A stretch of DNA of 64,000 nt from Candidatus Bathyarchaeota archaeon (GCA_963707955.1 OY970176.1:1344001-1408000), one strand, 5' to 3'; numbered from the stretch's first letter, positions 9,943 to 18,743 are shown. Notes: generated by a model from the sequence alone, not told the origin. Numbers and translations are program-made.

Positions 9943-10859
9943 TCTCTGAGTTTCCTCCCAGTTAGTTTCAAGAAAACGTCCTCGAGGTTAGCGTTCCGAA
10001 CGGTGGCACTCTTCGTTGGAAAATCTTCGAGAAAGCTGGCGAACACTCCATGAGGCTCAGTGGCAAAAACTTGGATCCTGTCACCCACGATTTCCACCCG
10101 AGCCTCTGGAAACTTATTATTGATCGTCGCCACCACTTTGTCATCATAATCGACTTCCATAACTTCTTCTCCAACATGCTTCCTGACCAAGTCTGTCGGA
10201 GTGCCTTCCTCGATGATCTTGCCATTATCCATGATCAGTGTGCGGTCGCACAGTTCAGCCGCCTCATCCATGTAATGCGTCGTCAAGATAATGGTCACGC
10301 CCGATTTCTTCAGGCTTCGAACCTTGTCCCAAATCAAATGACGCGCCTGAGGGTCAAGTCCCGTTGTAGGTTCATCCAACAAGAGTATCTGCGGTTCGTT
10401 GATCAATGCCCTAGCGAGAATTAATCGGCGTTTCATACCAGTCGACAGTTGATCAATAATAACATCGCGCTTTTCTTCCAGTTGAAAGAACTTGAGCATC
10501 TCCTCGGCTCGCTTGCGTGCCTCATCTTTGGAAATGTCAAAGTAGCGGGCGTAGACGGTCAGGTTGGTTATGACGCTGAAGTCTGGGTCGAGGTTTTCTT
10601 CCTGAGGTGAGACGCCTATCATCTTCTTTATGTCTCTGGGGTTTTCAGACACGCTTATGCCCGCCACCGTTAGCTTGCCTGACGCGGGAGGCAAGACACA
10701 GTGAATCATTTTGATGGTTGTTGTCTTTCCCGCACCGTTGGGCCCAAGAAACCCGCAGCACTCACCCTTGTAGACTTGAAAGTTTATGTTGTCCACTGCA
10801 ACGAAATCGTCATACTTCTTTGTCAGGTTCTGCGCTTCGATGAGGACTTCTGAAACCAT
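9939..10859 (-). CDS. ABC transporter ATP-binding protein (NodI/DrrA-like)
   Basis: Walker A GPNGAGKTT, signature LSTGM, Walker B LLLDEPT, TTHYMDEA. Confidence 0.95.
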   Translation of the reverse strand: MVSEVLIEAQNLTKKYDDFVAVDNINFQVYKGECCGFLGPNGAGKTTTIKMIHCVLPPASGKLTVAGISVSENPRDIKKMIGVSPQEENLDPDFSVITNLTVYARYFDISKDEARKRAEEMLKFFQLEEKRDVIIDQLSTGMKRRLILARALINEPQILLLDEPTTGLDPQARHLIWDKVRSLKKSGVTIILTTHYMDEAAELCDRTLIMDNGKIIEEGTPTDLVRKHVGEEVMEVDYDDKVVATINNKFPEARVEIVGDRIQVFATEPHGVFASFLEDFPTKSATVRNANLEDVFLKLTGRKLRE

Positions 10860-11003
10860 GCGGTTCCTTCCAAGAGTCTACCTCATGCATACAGCACGCG
10901 TTCTTAAGAGAATTACTTTTCACTCCTCAAAGTGCCTGAACTCTTCTATCCTCGGCTACATATTTGTCAAGGAGCGCACACGCAGACACTTCATGCAAGG
11001 TTT

Positions 11004-11083
11004 TGGCGGGCCCGCAGGGATTTGAACCCTGGATCTCCGGCTCCGCAGGCCAGCGTCCTAATCCAGACCTAGACCACGGGCCC
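11004..11083 (-). tRNA. tRNA-Arg(GCG)
   Basis: Reverse complement GGGCCCGTGGTCTAGGTCTGGATTAGGACGCTGGCCT-GCG-GAGCCGGAGATCCAGGGTTCAAATCCCTGCGGGCCCGCCA folds as a full cloverleaf with encoded CCA. Confidence 0.97.
11054..11083. repeat. att site, left copy (within the intact tRNA)
   Basis: CGTCCTAATCCAGACCTAGACCACGGGCCC. Confidence 0.9.
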
Positions 11084-11310
11084 ATATGACTGGATTACGG
11101 TGTTCTGACTATTGCCTAGGTAAGATATTAACAACTCTAATAAAACTTAAGAACAGAGGCTTAGCTGAAGGCACACAGTCTGGTTGCTTCTGCTTCTCCT
11201 AGGTATGCTACGGTATTGAAGGTTCTTGCAGAAACAGGGGTTATGCCTCATGAACTGTCCAATGTTTCAATCAGAGATATTGATGTGGAAAGGGGAGTAA
11301 TGAATGTTAG
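11071..11310 (+). pseudogene. Tyrosine integrase remnant (intC part of a split integrase)
   Basis: GKILTTLIKLKNRGLAEGT (core-binding start), then after a deletion and frame change LVASASPRYATVLKVLAETGVMPHELSNVSIRDIDVERGVMNV (box I region). Catalytic HxxR and Y are absent. Confidence 0.75.
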
Positions 11311-11625
11311 CGCGCGCGAGAGCAGAATTGAGGATGCAAATGTAAGAAAAACAGACCACATTAGTCGAAATATGATATTGACCGTGTGGGTCAGAATGTT
11401 TTGTTGCATCTCGCTCGTCTCTCACTCCATCACTATTAGGAGACTCTTAAGTGTTTATTCTAGTAACACTGTATTGTCTCACAAGTCACTGTGCGGACAT
11501 TTATCAATCCTTTTCCAGAAAATCCATCAGGGTCATTTACAGACTACATGACTTTTTCTTTTTAAGCCTTATGAATATCCTTATTAGACCTCAAACAACA
11601 CAAGGCAAACTGGGGGTTCAAAACT

Positions 11626-12261
11626 ATGTCTAGAGACAATTCACATGGAGAATCGGCAACTCCAAGTAAGCATATTATCGTTGAAAATCACGTTGTTGGT
11701 ATTGAGAGTGTTAGTATCAAGACTCGTCATGAAATTTCTGTATTGGCTTATGATTTTGCCAAAAGTTCTGTTGAAGATTGTCGCAGATATCGAGAGTTTT
11801 GTGATAAAGCTAAAGATGTACAAGAAAAAATGGGACATCTTCTCAATGAAATGCAGAGTTCAGTGGCATGCTTTGTCTTTTGCGTAATTTGTCTAGAGGC
11901 ATACATAAACACGTATGCTGGTGATAGGCTTTCTGAATTAATATGGGAAAAACTTGAACTAAGATTACGCCTTGAGGACAAGTGGATAGTAGTTCCAGAA
12001 CTCGCTCTCAGAAAAACATTTGAAACTGACAAGGAACCTTATAAATCATTAAAATGGTTGGTTGACCAGAGGAATTTTATAGTCCATTACAAAGGCAAAT
12101 TCAGTGAACCTGAAATGAATGACCGACTAGGGACCGCTACTGACAGAATTTTTAATCAATTTACATTGGAGAAAGCAGAAAGAGCATTTCAGCTTGTAAA
12201 AGACATGATTAAGAGCGTGCACAGTTTCGATGACTCGAAGGCTCCCGATTGGTTAGCCTAG
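11626..12261 (+). CDS. HEPN-domain protein (putative RNase/toxin)
   Basis: All-helical, LEAYIN acidic helix plus RNFIVH (Rx4H) motif. Confidence 0.65.
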   Translation: MSRDNSHGESATPSKHIIVENHVVGIESVSIKTRHEISVLAYDFAKSSVEDCRRYREFCDKAKDVQEKMGHLLNEMQSSVACFVFCVICLEAYINTYAGDRLSELIWEKLELRLRLEDKWIVVPELALRKTFETDKEPYKSLKWLVDQRNFIVHYKGKFSEPEMNDRLGTATDRIFNQFTLEKAERAFQLVKDMIKSVHSFDDSKAPDWLA

Positions 12262-12341
12262 CCTAAGCCATGCAGTACAGAAGTCTTAAATCAGGACAGT
12301 AGGTTGACGAAACACACGGTAGAAAAGTAGAAATCCTATCG

Positions 12342-12809
12342 ATGCATACAGCAGGTCACGGTAGTGTTGGCATGTCTCGTGATGTTATATATGCAAAATA
12401 CCAAAGAATAGTGATGAGTGGTTTCGGTTACGCTTGTCCGTTTTGTTACGAACGAGATAAACTGGTTTATGATATGGGCACCCCAAGTTACCTGACCTGC
12501 ACGGCATGTGGAGCACGATGGAATCTTCACTGGTTTTTCGGCAAATTGACAGGGGCGGTATTGGTACAGGACAGTATGAAGGGAATAGGAGCACATTTGC
12601 TCCATAAGAATTATCCAACAGATTTCTGGCGAAAGATGGGTCTTGAAGGTCGCAAGGACTTGCCTCCGCCTTCCACTGAAATGACGGCAGCCAAGGAAAA
12701 AGAGATAATAACACAAACAAAAGTCATCGTGAAGGTCAAATGTCCTTATTGTACCAATCTATATGACGAGACGCTCGACAGATGTCCGCACTGTGGTGGA
12801 AAAAGGTAA
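12342..12809 (+). CDS. Zinc-ribbon protein
   Basis: CPFC/CTAC pair and C-terminal CPYC...CPHCGG. Confidence 0.7.
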   Translation: MHTAGHGSVGMSRDVIYAKYQRIVMSGFGYACPFCYERDKLVYDMGTPSYLTCTACGARWNLHWFFGKLTGAVLVQDSMKGIGAHLLHKNYPTDFWRKMGLEGRKDLPPPSTEMTAAKEKEIITQTKVIVKVKCPYCTNLYDETLDRCPHCGGKR

Positions 12810-12939
12810 CAGTCGAATAAGGTAAATCAACTTGCGACAGACTCTAGTCAAGCTGAAAGAGGAATAATAGAAAAATTAAATCGGCACAGCAACAGAAGAC
12901 GAACTGGGCACATGCATAGAATCAGAAAGAGAATCTTGA

Positions 12940-14109
12940 ATGAACCATAACTATGATGATGAGGAAAAGAATACTGAACCAGATGAAGAAGATTCAGAAG
13001 AACCAAGACCTGTTGATGCTGAAGTTGATAGAAGAAAACGTGTTGAAATGCTCCTCAAAGAGGAAGAAGAAATAGACAAAGGTCAACCATTCAGAACAAA
13101 AGAAAGGAAGCACAATAATGGAATGACCAGTGAAGGAGAATTTCATTTTAAAAAAGCAGAAGAATGGAAAGAGATACATAGGAAAAGAATGAAATGGAAA
13201 TGGGTTCTCGCAACTATTTTGATCTTGGCAACAATCATACTCGGTCTATTCGTCTTCTACTCGTATCCTAATCTCTTTTCGAATATAATTCCAAACCAGT
13301 CTACAACAAATTATACTCATGGAGAACTTGTAGACTATGCTTTGACTCTAATCAATTTGGACAGATCATCAAGAGGCTTATCAAATGTGAGCCTAAGTCC
13401 AATAGATTCGGGTCAAGTTCACGCTGATGATATGTTTAATCATGGGTTCTTTAGCCATTGGGGAACTGATGGGTCTAAACCTTACATGCGGTATACATGG
13501 GCAGGAGGAAAAGGGGCTGTCGAAGAGAACGTTGCAGCATATTTGCAGGGTAGTCCTTCAGATCTGAAGACAGCTCTGAAAGATTTGGAATTCAATATGA
13601 TGTTTAATGATTCGGCTTCGAACTGGGGACACAGGGATAACATTTTGAATTCATTTCATAACGAGGTAAGCATTGGCGTTTCTCACGGCAATAGCCAACT
13701 GTATTTCGTTGAGGATTTCATAGATGACTACATTAACTGGTCAACCTTCACATTCACTCAAAATCAAGTTACATTAATCGGAAGTCTAACCAAACAAGTG
13801 TCTCTGAGTCAAGTCAATATATTCTATGATAGTCTGCCATCTAACTTGACGGCGGGTCAGTTGGATAATTCTCCCCACATTGGTTCATATACGCAAGGAA
13901 CTTTCACTGGAATGGCTCTTCCCCCAAACTATCAATCTCAACAAGGCATAACTATAACAGCCCAAACTTGGGTGCAATCAGTCCTAACATTCCAGATAGA
14001 ATTCGATTTGTCTCAAGTGTTCAATACGTACGGAAAAGGTGTCTATACTTTATATCTTCAAACCACCAGTCAAGATTCTCTTACATCATATTCTATCTGG
14101 CATGAATGA
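12940..14109 (+). CDS. Membrane-anchored CAP (SCP/Tpx-1/Ag5) domain protein
   Basis: Acidic N-terminus, one TM helix, LINLDR, HADDM...FFSH, EENVA, GHRDNIL. Confidence 0.85.
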   Translation: MNHNYDDEEKNTEPDEEDSEEPRPVDAEVDRRKRVEMLLKEEEEIDKGQPFRTKERKHNNGMTSEGEFHFKKAEEWKEIHRKRMKWKWVLATILILATIILGLFVFYSYPNLFSNIIPNQSTTNYTHGELVDYALTLINLDRSSRGLSNVSLSPIDSGQVHADDMFNHGFFSHWGTDGSKPYMRYTWAGGKGAVEENVAAYLQGSPSDLKTALKDLEFNMMFNDSASNWGHRDNILNSFHNEVSIGVSHGNSQLYFVEDFIDDYINWSTFTFTQNQVTLIGSLTKQVSLSQVNIFYDSLPSNLTAGQLDNSPHIGSYTQGTFTGMALPPNYQSQQGITITAQTWVQSVLTFQIEFDLSQVFNTYGKGVYTLYLQTTSQDSLTSYSIWHE

Positions 14110-14119
14110 CCGTAATGGA

Positions 14120-14148
14120 GATTTCAGAGGGTCCATAGAAGTTTTTCA
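14120..14148 (+). repeat. Island cassette repeat, copy 1
   Basis: GATTTCAGAGGGTCCATAGAAGTTTTTCA, 10 nt after the CAP gene stop. Confidence 0.9.
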
Positions 14149-14423
14149 ATTTTAATTTAAAGGAAACAAGGTCTCTTCTTCATTCTTAGTGTTTATCAGA
14201 ACAAATCTAAGATTCGTTCTCATAGGGAAGATGTTCTGTTTGTGACGACTGTTTGCTCATAGAACTTTGTTTCAAAAGACAAATAGCCTGAGAAGAGTAA
14301 AGATCCATACACATTCTAGGGGAAAAGGAAAGGTGGTACAACGGTAAAAAAGAAGGATTTGGTTCAATGTTTATATTTTTGGTTTTGCATATATTTCATT
14401 GTAAGAATTACAGAAGATAGTGA

Positions 14424-15662
14424 ATGATGAAAAGTTATGCTGTTTGTGCTTTCTTACTGTTTTCAATGTTAGCTCTGCTTATACCGCTAAACATAGTCAA
14501 AGTAGATGCTGGCCTCGAATCAGGTTTGACGTTAGACTCTGGAAGTTATCCAGCAAGTATGGTCTACGATAACAATACCAATTCAGTATGGATAGCTTTG
14601 CATTATGGATATCCTCCATGGAATTCTTCGATAGCAAACATTGACGTTGCAAGCAAATCCGTTATAGGAATATATCAGCTTCCATATTCTTTGGATTCTG
14701 GTACATGGGGACCTTTTGCAGAATATATAACAATGGATTCTAACGGAAATGTTTGGGTAGCACCTTCTGATTATTTGCACTGGATTATACCTGAAGTCTA
14801 TGTTTTTATGTTCAATGTATCATCTCAAAATTGGACAACAGTTTTGGTTGATAACACTTCTTTGTTTGGAATTGGAGACATAGCCTATACAAATGGATAC
14901 ATATGGGTTCTTGGCTACACAAATATATACAGAGTAAATTTCAACAATAACAATTCTGTGTTAAAGATACCATCACCATCAGGAATAACATTGTTAGACG
15001 GAAGTTTATGTGAAGACGGAACAAATCTTTGGATTAGCACTTCTAATAGTGGCTCTCTTTTAATGCTAAATACAACAGATAACTCTGTTAAAACAGTTCT
15101 AAACGGACTTAATAATCCAAGAGGTATGTGTGTTGACAACACTTTTCTGTACATTGCCGAACAAGGACAAAATGTTGGTGGCAGTGGCAATTTTTCTGGA
15201 AATACTATTACTGTTATGAACAAGATAGACTATGGTGTAACAACTATAACTTGTGAGAACTGTACAGGAGTACAAAATGTTGCAATAGATGAAAATGGTA
15301 GCTTATGGTGGACAGATACTTCGCCAAACGGAGAAGTTATGACACATGTCGGAGTTTTTAATGTTACATACACACTTTATGAATATGCATATTATGTGAT
15401 CTATGTTCCTAACCCTGGTGTTTGGGTTTCGTACACTGGTAGTGCTGGTATAAAATTCTACAACTTCAGTGGATTTATCCAAGGTGACGTGAACAAAGAC
15501 GGAAGAGTGAGCATGACTGACGTTGTTGATGTCTTGGGAGCATTTGGTGCAGTAAATGGAACTTCTAGATACAATCCAACCTATGACTTCGACAACAATA
15601 GCAGAATAGATATGTCAGACATAATGGTTGTTTTAAGACACTTTGGACAAGTATCAACGTAG
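14424..15662 (+). CDS. Secreted beta-propeller (Vgb/NHL-like) protein with C-terminal dockerin-like domain
   Basis: Signal peptide; MDSNGNVWV, GLNNPRGMCVD and IDENGSLWW blades; GDVNKDGRVSMTD...DFDNNSRIDMSD paired EF-hand dockerin. Confidence 0.8.
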   Translation: MMKSYAVCAFLLFSMLALLIPLNIVKVDAGLESGLTLDSGSYPASMVYDNNTNSVWIALHYGYPPWNSSIANIDVASKSVIGIYQLPYSLDSGTWGPFAEYITMDSNGNVWVAPSDYLHWIIPEVYVFMFNVSSQNWTTVLVDNTSLFGIGDIAYTNGYIWVLGYTNIYRVNFNNNNSVLKIPSPSGITLLDGSLCEDGTNLWISTSNSGSLLMLNTTDNSVKTVLNGLNNPRGMCVDNTFLYIAEQGQNVGGSGNFSGNTITVMNKIDYGVTTITCENCTGVQNVAIDENGSLWWTDTSPNGEVMTHVGVFNVTYTLYEYAYYVIYVPNPGVWVSYTGSAGIKFYNFSGFIQGDVNKDGRVSMTDVVDVLGAFGAVNGTSRYNPTYDFDNNSRIDMSDIMVVLRHFGQVST

Positions 15663-15819
15663 TGAAAAACATCCAAAAATTCTCTTCTTTTTGTTGTTCT
15701 ATTTTTGCTCATAGGGCTAGTTCTTCAAGGAATAGCAGAGTTTGTAAGCTAAAGTTAGAGGAATATGATAAGGGTCTAGTTCTTTCACCAAGTTTAGGCT
15801 TTTCCCATCAATGAATGCA

Positions 15820-15857
15820 GATTTCAGAGGGTTCATAGAAGTTTTTCATCGAAGTTC
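15820..15857 (+). repeat. Island cassette repeat, copy 2
   Basis: GATTTCAGAGGGTTCATAGAAGTTTTTCATCGAAGTTC. Confidence 0.9.
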
Positions 15858-15994
15858 TTATGTTCACAGAAGATATTCAGTCAGCCAATCAGTACCTTTG
15901 AGCTTCTTGGAACATTTCTGCTTTCTAAAATGAAAAAGGATACATGCATAAGCTATAAGAACAACAGAAAAGGCAGTAATTTAGGGAGACGGAG

Positions 15995-17020
15995 ATGGCT
16001 AGAGGGTATCTTTTTTCTATAGCTCTGATTTGTGTGCTAGTTTTGTTATCTCCTTGTCTTTTGAAGAAAGCTTATGCTACTGACGGTTTTCCAGTACACA
16101 ATATCAGCACAGACTTGAACTATGCAACAATACAATCAGCAATCAATGCTATCCAGACAGTAGATGGAAATACGATTAGAGTTGATGCTGGAACCTATAA
16201 CGAGACATTGACAATTGATAAGGGCGTTTCCGTAATTGGAGACAGCCCCAGTACTACAACAATCAATGGGCAGGTCACTATAATTTCTTCAGGAGTAGAA
16301 ATCTTCAATTTCACCTTGAATGGTGGAATTAAAATATTCTCTTCTTACTATGCAACTTCACGCTGCACTGTTTCTAATAACACAATAGTTGGAGTTCCAA
16401 ACATAGGGGATGGATACGGGATTCATGTCTACACCAATGAAGCTGGATTTGCAGATTATGGCATTATTGAAAACAATGAGATAAGAGATTTTAACTATAC
16501 TGGCATATCGATTTATCGTGTTAGTGGTTGGACAATTTCAGGAAATGACATACACGACAATCTAAGAGGCGGTATATATCTTGGAGATGGAGAATCGTGT
16601 AATATCATTGGAAACTCAATCCATAATGACAATTCAATTTATCCATATACCTTCTTTGCATTAGAACTTGAATATTCAAGCAATAATGTGATATATTATA
16701 ACGATTTTTTTGATAATGGCAAGTTTTCTCAAGTATATGTATCAAATGGCTATTCCAACAAATGGGATAGCGGAAGTCAAGGCAATTATTGGGATGATTA
16801 TAAAGGAGTAGATAGTGGTAATGGGATTGGAAGCACTCCGTATTTAATTGACTCTTATAACCAAGATAATTTTCCACTCATGCACACGTACAACATTCCA
16901 GAGTTCCCATCATTCATTGTCCTAACAATATCCATGTTAGTAACACTACTAGCAGTCATAGTCTACTTGAAACTCATCAAGCAAAGATTTCAAGGACTCC
17001 ATAGAAGTTTTTCATCGTAG
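15995..17020 (+). CDS. Secreted NosD/CASH parallel beta-helix surface protein with PEF-type sorting tail
   Basis: YATIQSAIN, GI-x-L...NN-I repeats, GNYWDDY...DNFPL, then IPEFPS, a TM helix and a basic tail. Confidence 0.85.
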   Translation: MARGYLFSIALICVLVLLSPCLLKKAYATDGFPVHNISTDLNYATIQSAINAIQTVDGNTIRVDAGTYNETLTIDKGVSVIGDSPSTTTINGQVTIISSGVEIFNFTLNGGIKIFSSYYATSRCTVSNNTIVGVPNIGDGYGIHVYTNEAGFADYGIIENNEIRDFNYTGISIYRVSGWTISGNDIHDNLRGGIYLGDGESCNIIGNSIHNDNSIYPYTFFALELEYSSNNVIYYNDFFDNGKFSQVYVSNGYSNKWDSGSQGNYWDDYKGVDSGNGIGSTPYLIDSYNQDNFPLMHTYNIPEFPSFIVLTISMLVTLLAVIVYLKLIKQRFQGLHRSFSS

Positions 17021-17023
17021 TTC
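16986..17023 (+). repeat. Island cassette repeat, copy 3 (contains the stop codon of the beta-helix gene)
   Basis: GATTTCAAGGACTCCATAGAAGTTTTTCATCGTAGTTC. Confidence 0.85.
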
Positions 17024-17127
17024 TGTCTGTTATTAACATATACAGCTATTATTGAGCTTCTTTTCTATCCAATATTCTCTTCATGATGTAGTCTTTAATA
17101 CTAATTCTACTAGATTTGATTTCTTGA

Positions 17128-17616
17128 GTGACTCAGATGTTGGACATACCGTCTATTTCAGCAATTGTTGTAGCCACAGGCGTACTGGTTGGTGTTGTTT
17201 ATTATATTCTGGATATGAGAAATCAGAGCAAAGTGAGACAAACAGACCTTGTAATGAGACTATACTCAACTTTCAATAGTCTTGAATTCCAGAAGACATG
17301 GGAAGAGGTTTTGAAAAGAGAAGCCAAGAACCTCAATGATTACGAGAAAAAGTATAGTCAGGCTGAGGTATTAGCAATTGGCATGTTCTTCGAAGGAATC
17401 GGCATTCTTCTAAAAAGAAAACTCATAGACATAGAGTTAGTTGATGACATGTTCACTATGCCTATCAAAACAACATGGGAAAAGATGAGGGATATTACAT
17501 TAGAAGCCAGAAAAGTCAGAAATGAACCAACGGGTCTTGAGTGGTTCGAATATCTCTACGATGAAATGAAGAAGAGAGAACAGAAGCTCCGACAAGGAAG
17601 TTTCAAGAATGGTTGA
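17128..17616 (+). CDS. DUF4760-like membrane-anchored protein
   Basis: N-terminal TM helix, FFEGIGILLKRKLID, WFEYLYDEMKKR. Confidence 0.7.
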   Translation: MTQMLDIPSISAIVVATGVLVGVVYYILDMRNQSKVRQTDLVMRLYSTFNSLEFQKTWEEVLKREAKNLNDYEKKYSQAEVLAIGMFFEGIGILLKRKLIDIELVDDMFTMPIKTTWEKMRDITLEARKVRNEPTGLEWFEYLYDEMKKREQKLRQGSFKNG

Positions 17617-18062
17617 CATAACAGAGATTTCGGCTATTGTTGCAGCAGCAGGTGTGTTAGTAGGTGTTATCCTTACTGTGCTAGAGCTTAGACATCTAGC
17701 CAGATCAAGACGAACAGACTCCTATTGGAGGATTATGTCCAGCTTCAACAGCAAAGAATACTTGGAAGCATTACAGAAAGTGCTTAGTCTGGAATTCGAG
17801 GACTACGATGACTTCACAAGAAAATATGGTAACTTGCTTTCAGGAAAATGAAGTTGGCGTACCATTCGCCATGGTTTGCGATCTGTATGAAACAACAGGC
17901 TTTCTTCTTCATAATGGACTACTGGAATATGACATAGCCAGCCAATTCCCAGTCATCCAAACATGGGAGAGAGTGAAGCCGATAGTAGAAGGATTAAGAA
18001 AGGAATCCACCAAATCGTATTACAAGTGGTTTGAATACCTATACAATGAGATGAAGAAATGA
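17609..18062 (+). CDS. Second DUF4760-like paralog, frameshifted near 17843
   Basis: ORFs 17609-17851 and 17808-18062 together align with the upstream paralog (ISAIVAAAGVLVGV ... WFEYLYNEMKK). Confidence 0.7.
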
Positions 18063-18085
18063 GAGCAAACACAGATTCAGCCAAG

Positions 18086-18124
18086 GATTTCAGAGGGTCT
18101 GTAGAAGTTTTTCAGCGAAGTTTC
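18086..18124 (+). repeat. Island cassette repeat, copy 4
   Basis: GATTTCAGAGGGTCTGTAGAAGTTTTTCAGCGAAGTTTC, 23 nt after the last cargo stop. Confidence 0.9.
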
Positions 18125-18211
18125 GAGATTTCAAGCTTAGAGTGATCAATCACAAACCATTTAAGATTCTTCAAAGTAGTATAGAAGTGCAAAATGGGGA
18201 GATAAAGAAGA

Positions 18212-18293
18212 ATGGACAATGAAAACAATCCTTTTGAACAGAAAGCAATCAATAATAAGTCTGACGTCCTAATCCAGCCTAGACCACGGGCCC
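18212..18293 (+). pseudogene. Putative intN fragment of the split integrase
   Basis: MDNENNPFEQKAINNKSDVLIQPRPRA reads through the right att. On circularisation it joins in frame to HMTGLRCSDYCLGKILTTLIKLKNRG at the left end. TATA-like ATTTAAG near 18159. Confidence 0.6.
18265..18293. repeat. att site, right copy (orphan tRNA 5' fragment)
   Basis: CGTCCTAATCCAGCCTAGACCACGGGCCC, identical to the left copy except for one missing A. Confidence 0.9.
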
Positions 18294-18743
18294 TTTTGGA
18301 CGGACTAGGGTACTATTGCGCTCTCTGAAAAGTTTGTACTCGTCTGTCTCCGTCACAAAGTCGAAGTCGGACTCTATTAGTTTTTTTGCTTCTGCGATCA
18401 AGAATCGCAAAGAGAATGTGGTTTTATTGTCCCAGATTCATATCAAAAATACATATGGAAAAGGTCGCAGCTAGCAAAGCGGTGAATACCATAAGCAGGG
18501 CCCGTTTATTGAGATGGCAGCACGTGACTGGAAGCCGACTATCGATGAAGCTTTAGAAAGGGAAAACCGAGCTATCAGGTTTCACAAAACGCGTTACGTA
18601 CTTTGAACACTGAGGATACTGTAGACTGTGATGGCATTGTGTTCAGAAGAGAATTGATTGTCACGCACTTGCCGCGCAATTTGCCTGCTTTCCGAGGAGC
18701 TCACAGATTAAATAGTTCTAGAGTCATTTTAGAATCTGGTGTT

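Larger units (their letters stand above)
11054..18293. mobile_element. tRNA-Arg(GCG)-integrated genomic island (decayed integrative element)
   Basis: Bounded by direct repeats of the tRNA 5' half, visibly AT-richer than the flanks, integrase remnant at the left border, accessory cargo genes. Confidence 0.88.

Noticed and set aside
11216-11551. 111-aa ORF as an intact gene
   Set aside because: Only the first ~31 aa are integrase-like; the rest is read-through past a deletion junction.
15808-15850. Minus-strand micro-ORF MKNFYEPSEI in the repeat
   Set aside because: The start codon and continuation differ between copies, so it is more simply a by-product of a DNA motif.
14120-18124. CRISPR array interpretation of the ~30-38 bp repeats
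   Set aside because: The spacers are 1.1-1.7 kb and contain whole genes, and there are no cas genes in the window.
14120-18124. Classical integron attC sites
   Set aside because: No RYYYAAC/GTTRRRY ends or long hairpin, and no recognisable IntI.
18265-18293. Separate tRNA or split-tRNA half
   Set aside because: It is only 29 bp and is explained as the att duplication; no complementary leader for trans-splicing was seen.
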